Part shown: one piece after another, positions 1 to 7,514 of the stretch
How positions within the stretch are numbered: the stretch's first letter is position 1
How the letters are laid out: each line of letters opens with the position of its first letter
DNA from: Candidatus Hodarchaeota archaeon
GTDB taxonomy: Archaea; Asgardarchaeota; Heimdallarchaeia; Hodarchaeales; Hodarchaeaceae
DNA: 10,301 nt
Reading direction: 5' to 3'
NCBI GenBank assembly: GCA_016839815.1
Contig: JAEOTM010000086.1
Location: 1 to 10,301 of the forward strand
Notes under the pieces: model-generated
The model's database searches: none
Told to the model about the DNA's origin: nothing
Seen by the model: only the letters and a program-made list of their open reading frames with translations
Made by a program: the position numbers and the translations under genes

Positions 1-284
1 CCTATTTGATCGTCCATCAGGTTCTGGTCTGTTGGTTCCTGATAATAAGACTGATCACCCGATATTTCCGAGATATGACAATCTTCTATTTCATTAAGAC
101 TTGATTGATAAACTGATTGTGTATTTATACCTTCTGTAGTCATTTTATCTAGATTATAGAGTGTATCAGTAGCACTAGAATACATCAAAGGAATACTCGT
201 AAAAATAACGGAAGTTATGAGTAAAACAACTATGGTAGATCGTTTTATTGTATGAATCATATTCTTTCTAAATGTTTTCTTCAT
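1..284 (-). CDS. Secreted/surface protein, N-terminal part only (continues beyond the left edge of the window)
   Basis: Not in the ORF track. Manual translation from ATG at 284 is open to the window edge: MKKTFRKNMIHTIKRSTIVVLLITSVIFTSIPLMYSSATDTLYNLDKMTTEGINTQSVYQSSLNEIEDCHISEISGDQSYYQEPTDQNLMDDQI. It has a basic N-terminus, a hydrophobic stretch and an SSA cleavage-like site. A purine-rich GAAGGAGAAGAG lies upstream. Alternative ATG at 260. Confidence 0.8.
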   Translation of the reverse strand, partial: MKKTFRKNMIHTIKRSTIVVLLITSVIFTSIPLMYSSATDTLYNLDKMTTEGINTQSVYQSSLNEIEDCHISEISGDQSYYQEPTDQNLMDDQI

Positions 285-313
285 TTATACCAACTCTTCT
301 CCTTCTTTTCCTC

Positions 314-347
314 ATATCTGGTGACTGAGGATGTTTAAACCAGATAT
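314..347. promoter_or_regulatory. Inverted repeat (9-bp arms) overlapping a putative TATA box of the leftward gene
   Basis: ATATCTGGT (314-322) and ACCAGATAT (339-347) with a 16-nt spacer. TTTAAA at 334-339 lies about 50 nt upstream of the ATG at 284. Confidence 0.4.
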
Positions 348-541
348 TTTGAGTAGAAATGTATCTTCTTCTTTAGATCCTTCTAGTATTTAAGGTTTTA
401 ACTTCTCAAGTGAGGTATTGAGAATGAAGTCACCTCATTTCGAGAGAAATCCACTTAGGTTTCTGCAATTCAATTCTAACTTCATTTGATTCAATAGAAT
501 TATAGAAATCAGTCAAAGAATCAGAAAAAATACATCTATCA

Positions 542-554
542 CAACGATTATAAG
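542..554 (+). promoter_or_regulatory. Putative archaeal BRE/TATA promoter of the solute-binding protein gene
   Basis: CAACGA followed by TTATAA (548-553), about 50 nt upstream of the TTG start at 602. Confidence 0.35.
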
Positions 555-601
555 AATATTCAACCCTCTTAAGCAACAACACTCTAACTGAGACGGTTGC
601 G

Positions 602-2701
602 TTGTATACTCAAAATAAGCGATATTCCAAAGCTATTTGCGTTTTTACCACAATAATATTTACATTATCGCTAATCTCAACTTCTACGGCTGTTATTGTT
701 AAAGATACACTTGTAATTCAGATCGAACAACCAATTATTAATCTTGACAATCGGTATAGAAGTTCATCTTCTATCTATGATAATATGATTGCCTATCAAT
801 ATCAGGGTTATCTTGGTATGATTGCGCCTGGCGAAACACTTGTAACTCTGTCTGGAGTCGCGGAGAGTTATTCTGTTAATGAGGAAGGAAACGAGTGGAC
901 TTTCACTCTTCGGGAAGGTGCGCGACTTCATGATGGATCAGTTATTGATGCGAAAACAGTAAGATATAGTATGATCGCCAATTGGATGGCTTACTATGAA
1001 TATGATAATATCTCATATGCATTGACCCAGTGGGAATCCAGTGGCTACAATGTCACTTTTCCTTCGAGCGATCCGAATGGGAATGGTTTAGTGGTTACAT
1101 TCTCTGGTGAATCTGTTTCTGACCCGAAATTCCCCTTTGATATATCGGGAGCTTGGAATGGACTAATGTTAGTGCCTTATGGAATTCAAGGTACATATAC
1201 AGACTCGACAATCACTTGTCGAGACAAATTAGAAGCTTTTAAAGAATCTCCAATCTCGTGTGGGCCATATAAATTCGTTGAACATGTTTCGGAAGATTAT
1301 GTCCTTTTGGAACGATTTGATGATTGGTTTGGCTGGGGAATGACCTTTTTTGGAAGTAATGGTGTTGCTTATACGTTTCCTGATAATTATGTGTCTTTTA
1401 AATTTCTCAAATTCCGGACAATTTCTGAAAGCTCAATAGCTGTAGTTGAACTTCAAACTGGCGGGATTGACGCAACAACAAGCCGAATGAGAAGTCTCTC
1501 TTTGTATAATGATATCCTAACTAATCCCAAATTCGATGGATACATGTATTCATCCTTAGGAGGAGCTATAATGGGAATTAACATGGAAGGAGATTGGCCC
1601 ACATTTTTTGGAGGGCCTGGAAATTTTCCTTTATCACAGGTTTGGTTTCGGCAGGCTATTTCACATGCTATAAATAGAACGAACTTAGTTGAAAATGTCT
1701 ATTTGGGAATTGCAGAGGAAAAAAGAACGATTTTTCCAAATTGGATACTATCTCGTTTTAATAATATCGATACCACGGATTATTATGATTTTGATCAAGG
1801 AGTCGCTGAAGCAGAAGCTATACTAGATGCAATGGGATATTCCCCAAGGAAATTCTCAGATGAACCTGACAACCGTTTCGGTCATGGTTTATATGCCAAC
1901 GAAACCCAGATTAATGGAGTAAACCAAACTAAAGGTAGACACTTCAGAATAATTACAATGGAGTGTGACTTCTGTGCTCCTCGTGTTCTTGCAATCCAGA
2001 AAGATCTAAGACAGATAGGAGTCTATCTTGATATCGACATTATGGAATGGGGTGCATATTTAACAGACTTAAGATACACCGCGGATTCTGGGTTTGATTA
2101 CAACAGTACTGGTCCCCAACCTGACCCATATTTCAATGGTCCAAATTGGGACTTTTCTCTTGGTGCCTTCAGTGGGTACTACGAAACTCCATGGAATTAT
2201 ATTGCCTATCATTCGTTTGTATACTGGATGTATTATGGCTTTGGTGAGTTTAGCTGGTTTAATATTGATTATGAAGTAGCTTATGCTAAAGCCACCGATG
2301 GTGAAAGTTTCCTCTGGATGGATTGGCCGGGATCTCCTACAGATTGGCCCTATCCAATTCCTAAATGGTCTAATGATGATCCGCAGTTTACAGATGCGTG
2401 TGAGGATGCAGGTGATCTCCTTTCATATTATCTACCCAAAATTCCTCTAATTTGGTATACAGAAACCTCGGTTTTTGATGCACGTTTGAAGAATTTCCTC
2501 ACATCTCGCAGTCAGATGTTTCATGTTGCGTATTCCTATTGGGAAGGTAATGAGGTTGTTAACTCTACAACCACAACCGATTCCAACCATAGAACCACCA
2601 CAACTACAATACCGAAGATTTCACCTTTCTTTGATTTATCATTTCTTCTAGGAATCTCTCTGCTTCTAATTAGTATTTCGCGAAACAAAAAGAGGAAGTA
2701 A
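602..2701 (+). CDS. ABC transporter substrate-binding protein, family 5 (OppA/DppA/NikA-like), with C-terminal membrane anchor
   Basis: 699 aa, TTG start. N-terminal signal peptide. Family-5 motifs AESYSVNEEGNEWTFTLREGARLHDGSVIDAKTVRYS, PISCGPYKFVE, VLLERFDDWFG, FRQAISHAINR and IQKDLRQIGV. Ends in a Thr-rich linker, SPFF, a TM helix and RNKKRK. Confidence 0.92.
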   Translation: MYTQNKRYSKAICVFTTIIFTLSLISTSTAVIVKDTLVIQIEQPIINLDNRYRSSSSIYDNMIAYQYQGYLGMIAPGETLVTLSGVAESYSVNEEGNEWTFTLREGARLHDGSVIDAKTVRYSMIANWMAYYEYDNISYALTQWESSGYNVTFPSSDPNGNGLVVTFSGESVSDPKFPFDISGAWNGLMLVPYGIQGTYTDSTITCRDKLEAFKESPISCGPYKFVEHVSEDYVLLERFDDWFGWGMTFFGSNGVAYTFPDNYVSFKFLKFRTISESSIAVVELQTGGIDATTSRMRSLSLYNDILTNPKFDGYMYSSLGGAIMGINMEGDWPTFFGGPGNFPLSQVWFRQAISHAINRTNLVENVYLGIAEEKRTIFPNWILSRFNNIDTTDYYDFDQGVAEAEAILDAMGYSPRKFSDEPDNRFGHGLYANETQINGVNQTKGRHFRIITMECDFCAPRVLAIQKDLRQIGVYLDIDIMEWGAYLTDLRYTADSGFDYNSTGPQPDPYFNGPNWDFSLGAFSGYYETPWNYIAYHSFVYWMYYGFGEFSWFNIDYEVAYAKATDGESFLWMDWPGSPTDWPYPIPKWSNDDPQFTDACEDAGDLLSYYLPKIPLIWYTETSVFDARLKNFLTSRSQMFHVAYSYWEGNEVVNSTTTTDSNHRTTTTTIPKISPFFDLSFLLGISLLLISISRNKKRK

Positions 2702-2721
2702 CACCTTATCATTTAAAGGAA

Positions 2722-2736
2722 AGCTATTTTTTAGCT
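2722..2736 (+). terminator. Putative terminator (T-tract within a small hairpin)
   Basis: AGCTA-TTTTT-TAGCT about 20 nt after the stop at 2701. Oligo-T is the usual archaeal termination signal. Confidence 0.4.
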
Positions 2737-3127
2737 GGTTTGGATAGACGTTGATCAATAATTATGGAGTTAGCATACATTTCCAAGCTTTTAAAGCGTT
2801 TATCCAAGGGTTGTGATTCATCTAAGAAGAAATTGAGACTCATTCGAGAAAAGTAGATTTGTTATCTCGTGCAGTATTTGAGACCGAGTAAATAAAAACT
2901 CTTGTGATAGAAAAAACTGTTATGAAGAGGAATCATTTCGAGAATTCTTTATAGTAGATATGGTCATTAACAAAGTTGTCTTGATAAAGAATTATATTTT
3001 AAATTTAATAATCTAAATGCGCATTTTTATTCCTGAAAGAAGTAAATAATTGCGGAGAATTGTTTCAGACTAATATATTAAGGTTCATACCTATTTCTTA
3101 AATGAAAGAGAACATTAGGTAAAAATC

Positions 3128-3271
3128 ATGAATAGAAAAACGTTCATTATCGCTTTAGATGATTCTTTAAAAGTAAATTGTCAATTCGAGTCTTTTCTTT
3201 ATACTGTTAAGATAACTAACTTTTTACCAACACATATATGTTCAAAAATGGGAGAGGGAATAACTAAATGA
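3128..3271 (+). CDS. Possible 47-aa small ORF translationally coupled to the Zn-finger gene
   Basis: MNRKTFIIALDDSLKVNCQFESFLYTVKITNFLPTHICSKMGEGITK*. Preceded by TAGGT. Its TGA overlaps the next ATG (ATGA, 3268-3271). No recognisable domain. Confidence 0.2.
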   Translation: MNRKTFIIALDDSLKVNCQFESFLYTVKITNFLPTHICSKMGEGITK

Positions 3272-3606
3272 GTGATAAAACGACTATATATTGGGAAACA
3301 AAATATCCAGAGTTACAAAGCTTAAATACGAGTAATAATTCATTACGAAAGCGCAATGAATCCGATATGACAGTACTGGGGAATTTTTCAGTAAATATCA
3401 TTGATTTCGTGCCTTGTCAAAAATGTGGCATAATTCCTGCTGCATATTGGAAATGTCGAGAGTGTAGTAGCGTTGAATGTTATAATTGTTTGATTAAACG
3501 TCATAAATTACGACGGGGAGCGTATCAATTCAAATGCTCTTGCGGATCTTCTAATCTTTTTTATAAACATAATATTCTTACAATTCCCTTTGCTTTTAGA
3601 ATATAA
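3268..3606 (+). CDS. Small Cys-rich zinc-finger protein (B-box/RING/ZZ-like binuclear finger)
   Basis: 112 aa with C50-x2-C53-x9-C63-x2-C66-x4-C71-x2-C74-x4-H79 and C90-x-C92. SD-like GGGAGAGGG upstream. Confidence 0.75.
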   Translation: MSDKTTIYWETKYPELQSLNTSNNSLRKRNESDMTVLGNFSVNIIDFVPCQKCGIIPAAYWKCRECSSVECYNCLIKRHKLRRGAYQFKCSCGSSNLFYKHNILTIPFAFRI

Positions 3607-3701
3607 AAGTCAGTTCAAACCGTGTGTGCCGAAATCGTCCATTTATTGCTCTGCATGCTCTCTAAGGAACGTTACTCAATAGAAAAAATGAGAGACAGGA
3701 G

Positions 3702-4544
3702 CTATCTGTCTCGTTTTTTCCTAAAAGGAAGGATGAAGAGTAGAAATCCGAAAATGACTATCGTAAGGCCTTGAAAAGACGCTGAGGTCTTTGTAGGCTC
3801 AGGATTGTTCGTGATTTGAAATTGATCTGAAATATCGATGAAGAAATAACCATTGGAAGTGTAAGTTCGTAACATGAGACGATAGTGATTTCCGTCAGCG
3901 ATATTCGTGGTATTCCAATCATAAGATGTAGTTGTTAATCCCATTACCAATAGCACCCATGTGTTACTATCATCCGAAGAATAATACAAATCATAGTAGA
4001 TGTCTTCGTCTCCAATACCCATCAGTTCATTCCACTGGATAGTTATTGTACCACTAACATTTCCACCGCTTGGGAAAATAAAAACAGATGCAATAATGGG
4101 AGGGATATTATAGGGGATTACAACAGGTACATCATCATAGTTTCCTCCAGAAATATAATACGGGTTATCTACAATTCCATCGATATCAAAATCAGGGATA
4201 ATCCATTCATTCCAGTAATTGTACTGGAAAAGGTTAGCTTCTCCGTAATCACTTGCTTGGGAAAAATAGTAATAAGGAGCCATTGGACTATATTCGATAA
4301 AATCGTCCGCATTGTTACCAATAAAATTATTGGAACGAATAGTATTCGATGTCGAACCCGTAGAGAGATGTACTCCGTAGAGCCCGTTTATCATGATAAG
4401 ATTTCCTGTGATCGAATTTCCTGTTGAACGATGAAGAAGAATACCATTTTGTCGATTTTGGCTGATGATATTCCCGCTTATCTCTGAATCTGCATTGTAA
4501 TAGAGAGCTATCCCGATATCTGAACTACTAAGGTCTAAGAGAAG
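3702..4544 (-). pseudogene. 5'-truncated cell-surface protein: NosD/CASH right-handed beta-helix, Ig-like domain and C-terminal anchor (ORF track gives 3702..4394)
   Basis: The frame stays open 50 codons upstream of the called Met and continues the beta-helix repeats (DIGIALYYNADSEISGNIISQNRQNGILLHRSTGNSITGNLI-MINGLYGVHLSTGSTSNTIRSNNFIGN) until TGA at 4547-4545. That extension has no ATG/GTG/TTG and no signal peptide. NYWNEW..PDFDIDGIVDNPYYI is the typical NosD-type C-terminal cap. SGTITIQW..YDLYYS..YDWNTT is an Ig-like module. The protein ends in a TM helix and RKKRDR. Confidence 0.75.
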
Positions 4545-4623
4545 TCATAGGAGGAATTGTTTTTACAACACAGCAGATAATGAACTCCATAGTTTTTTGA
4601 AGGGGAAAGGGATAGGTCTAGGA

Positions 4624-5577
4624 ATGAAATCCCAACGACAGTATAATATCTTGGTGATAGGAGGAGGACCAGCAGGAATAGCGGCTGCGCTTTATAGTGC
4701 CCGAAAAGGATTGGTTACTGGGATTGTAGACAAAATGAGTATTGGGGGAACGGTTGCTCATGGAGCAGTAATTGAAAATATCCCTGGGTTAAATGAACCA
4801 TTATTAAATTATCATTTTTGGGAAAATAGTCAAACAGAACTAGAAGATGCTGGAGTACATATTCAGGAAATATTGGAAATACTACATATCTCAACCGAGT
4901 CAACTCCATTTCAGATTACTGGTTTTCATTATCCTGAAGAAATAAAATTTACAGCAGATGCGATTATTTTAGCTACAGGGGTTTCCCGACGCATATTAAC
5001 TGTTTCAGGAGCGAAAGAACTGGAGGGACGGGGAGTTTCATATAGTGCTACATGTGATGGGCCTCTGTATAAAAATCGAAGAATCGCAGTCATTGGTGGG
5101 GGAAATTCAGCAGCCTGTGATGCCCTCTTTCTTGCAGAAATACCATGTAAGATCTCTCTGATTTTCCGTTCTTCTCGTTTAAGAGCTGATGAGAGGTATC
5201 AAACTGCGATTAAGGCGTATAAGAATCTTACACTGGTAAACAATACGATCGTTACTGCGATTCACGGAGGAGAAGTAGAGGGAGTACAAGCAATAAGTAT
5301 AAAAAACCTAGAAACAGGGGATGAGAGTAAACTGAGAGTTAGAGGAGTCTTTGTTGCGATTGGCACGATTCCTGAGATCTCCCTTCCCAAGAAGCTAAAT
5401 CTTCCGTTAACAACAAATGGTTATGTGCAAACAGATCCCAAACAGCGAACCTCGATCCCTGGAATTTATGCAGTCGGAGACCTGACATCAGGTTCAGGGC
5501 ACATCTTAGTGGCCATGGGAGAGGGGGTTCGTGCGGCAATGACGGCTCATCGTGACTTGAGGAACATTGGTAAATAA
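4624..5577 (+). CDS. Thioredoxin reductase-like FAD/NAD(P)H oxidoreductase (TrxB family) with atypical SxxC active site
   Basis: FAD motif VIGGGPAGIAAA, IENIPG, IILATG, GRGVSYSATCDG, NAD(P)H motif VIGGGNSA, GVFVAIG and TSIPGIYAVGD. ATG at 4624 is preferred over TTG at 4597 because it gives the usual TrxB N-terminal length and has a purine-rich sequence upstream. No trxB symbol is given because the dithiol is incomplete. Confidence 0.9.
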   Translation: MKSQRQYNILVIGGGPAGIAAALYSARKGLVTGIVDKMSIGGTVAHGAVIENIPGLNEPLLNYHFWENSQTELEDAGVHIQEILEILHISTESTPFQITGFHYPEEIKFTADAIILATGVSRRILTVSGAKELEGRGVSYSATCDGPLYKNRRIAVIGGGNSAACDALFLAEIPCKISLIFRSSRLRADERYQTAIKAYKNLTLVNNTIVTAIHGGEVEGVQAISIKNLETGDESKLRVRGVFVAIGTIPEISLPKKLNLPLTTNGYVQTDPKQRTSIPGIYAVGDLTSGSGHILVAMGEGVRAAMTAHRDLRNIGK

Positions 5578-5592
5578 AGAGGAACGATTGAT

Positions 5593-6129
5593 ATGGTATC
5601 TTTAATGACTTCTGATGATGAAGAAAAATGTACTGATATTGTAAATATTGTAACACAAATGTACCAGAACGATAAAACTCAGAGATGGACACATCTCGGA
5701 TCTGGATTATATGATATTCCGGTATTCATTCATAAAAAACTCTTTAGAAGTAAATACACCGATATCTCTAAAATAGTCAAAAGAGAATACAATTTATACA
5801 AGGGATTAAAGAAAAAAATTCTAGAAACTGAATTAAAACTCTATCAAGGACTTTTAAGTGGGAGACCTTCAATTCTCAGCCGTTCACTGTCGTTAATAGC
5901 ACTAGTACTATCCTTAGTAGCAGTAATATTCAGTCTTACATCTAACAATGCCACAGAAAGCACAGTAGAAACAATGATTGTTGGGTTATTTCCTTATATC
6001 ATGACCATGCTTATCCTACTTCTAGTTGCAGGAATTATCGGATTAGGTCAAGATAGATTATCTGTCAGAGAGCATCACATACGGATTATCGTTCTTTCGT
6101 ACCTACTGGCTAATAGTAAGAAAAGGTAA
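5593..6129 (+). CDS. Hypothetical membrane protein: soluble helical N-domain and two C-terminal TM helices
   Basis: 178 aa, starting 15 nt after the TrxR-like stop, with SD-like AGAGGA (5578-5583). Hydrophobic segments SLSLIALVLSLVAVIFSL and MIVGLFPYIMTMLILLLVAGIIGLG. Basic tail. Confidence 0.8.
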   Translation: MVSLMTSDDEEKCTDIVNIVTQMYQNDKTQRWTHLGSGLYDIPVFIHKKLFRSKYTDISKIVKREYNLYKGLKKKILETELKLYQGLLSGRPSILSRSLSLIALVLSLVAVIFSLTSNNATESTVETMIVGLFPYIMTMLILLLVAGIIGLGQDRLSVREHHIRIIVLSYLLANSKKR

Positions 6130-6226
6130 CTCGATAAGTAGCCATTCCAGTCGAACTATTCTAATTGTGCATTAGACGACGTTAACATGATTATTTGTTT
6201 GAGATCTTCTCTCAATTTCTCATTAT

Positions 6227-7114
6227 CTAATTTATGATTTCTTCAAACATACTACGCAAGTCTTGTTTAGTAAATCCATGAGTATTTTGTTTAAATAGTT
6301 GGCCAAGTTTAATTATTTGGGATCTTATCACGTATTGAAACAGCTCAGTCTCTTCTTGTGATATTACTAGATATCGTGGTTTTGGTTTTTCAGAGTACAA
6401 TGCGTCCATTATAGCCTCTACTACCTCTCCAGGTGTAGGTACTCTAGTCCAAGTCTCAACTCTTTCGCTTAATCTTCCCATCATTGCCTCAATATCTTTT
6501 TGAAACATACTTTCAGCTGCGTGTTGGTATCTTTCCAATAGAATTGGTGCAGCTGCACTTGCTATATTTGTAGAATAGTTTCCTGGTTCTATTATGCTTA
6601 CTTTTACATTATAAACTTCTAATTCTTGTAGTAACGCGTTTGACCATGCTTCAATGGCATATTTACTCATACTATAAGCAGCCATGTATATTGGTGTAAG
6701 TAATCCGGAAACAGAGCTTATATTCACAATTCGACCTTTTGATTCAATTAAAAATGGAATTAAGGCATTAGTAACCCGGAAAGGTCCATACACGTTGACA
6801 TCTAACACTCTGTGAAGCATTTCTTCTTCTGTTGCGAGGATTGGCCAAGATTCACTAACCCCAGCATTGTTAATCAGAGCATATAGTCCTCTTCCTTCAG
6901 TTTGAACACGGTCAACAACTTGTTTGACTTCTGTGGGATTCGTAACATCTAATCGAAAGGAAATTACATTTTCGACTTCATTTAGAGATGCGATATCTTC
7001 TTGTTTTCGAGCACAAGCATACACTAAATACCCATTTTGAGCTAAACATTCTGTAACCATCTTCCCAATCCCAGAGCTAGCTCCTGTTATTAAAATTGGT
7101 TTGTTTTGGGACAT
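6227..7114 (-). CDS. Classical short-chain dehydrogenase/reductase (17beta-HSD/RDH/BDH-like subgroup), probably NADP(H)-preferring
   Basis: TGASSGIG, LDVT, NNAG, catalytic N107/S134/Y147xxxK151 (YSMSK) and IEPG. Basic ARK after the second beta-strand. SD-like GAAGGAAGAGG upstream, and TATA-like TTTATAAA at 7172-7165. Confidence 0.93.
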   Translation of the reverse strand: MSQNKPILITGASSGIGKMVTECLAQNGYLVYACARKQEDIASLNEVENVISFRLDVTNPTEVKQVVDRVQTEGRGLYALINNAGVSESWPILATEEEMLHRVLDVNVYGPFRVTNALIPFLIESKGRIVNISSVSGLLTPIYMAAYSMSKYAIEAWSNALLQELEVYNVKVSIIEPGNYSTNIASAAAPILLERYQHAAESMFQKDIEAMMGRLSERVETWTRVPTPGEVVEAIMDALYSEKPKPRYLVISQEETELFQYVIRSQIIKLGQLFKQNTHGFTKQDLRSMFEEIIN

Positions 7115-7514
7115 TTTCCTCTTCCTTCATTAAGTTAGGAATTGGATAGGAAGGATATTCCTCTTTTATAAACCCAATCGAAGATTGACTAAATCCCGTA
7201 TATTCTCTTTTTTCGGAAATATTCGTTGGTTAGAGAAGCTCTTTTTCTTATTATTTCTTATCATTTTGAAAATGGGGTTTCTCTTTATTCACAATCTCTT
7301 TTTACAAAAAGGACATTGGCCTTTCTGACAACAAATTGCTTTAAGACATCTATGCGATCAACAAATCGTGGGGGGAACTTTTTGAGTGATTTTTTCATTG
7401 ATTTCCGCTTTATTCCTTTTATTTAAACTAGAAAAAAGAAAAAAGCATCAAATTTAATCGGAGATTTGGTTTGGGAAAGATTTAATTTCTCTTTATCCCT
7501 CTAAGAGAAAAAAA

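Noticed and set aside
2094-2279. 61-aa + strand ORF
   Set aside because: Alternate frame wholly inside the SBP gene, with no motif.
2560-2610. ACA/ACC-rich quasi-repeat
   Set aside because: Explained by the Thr-rich linker of the SBP. It is not a CRISPR or tandem-repeat element.
2764-2856. 30-aa ORF MELAYISKLLKRLSKGCDSSKKKLRLIREK
   Set aside because: Very short, with no SD or motif support.
4545-4547. TGA upstream of the beta-helix frame as possible selenocysteine
   Set aside because: A TAA follows a few codons further upstream with no start codon, and there is no redox context.
4715-4909. 64-aa - strand ORF
   Set aside because: Antisense shadow of the TrxR-like gene.
5339-5692. 117-aa - strand ORF
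   Set aside because: Antisense overlap of two well-supported genes, with no recognisable domain.
7226-7426. 66-aa + strand ORF, and an opposite 37-aa ORF at 7398-7285 (MKKSLKKFPPRF…)
   Set aside because: The Phe-rich or Lys-rich composition simply mirrors the T/A-rich intergenic DNA. Neither can be supported without homology.
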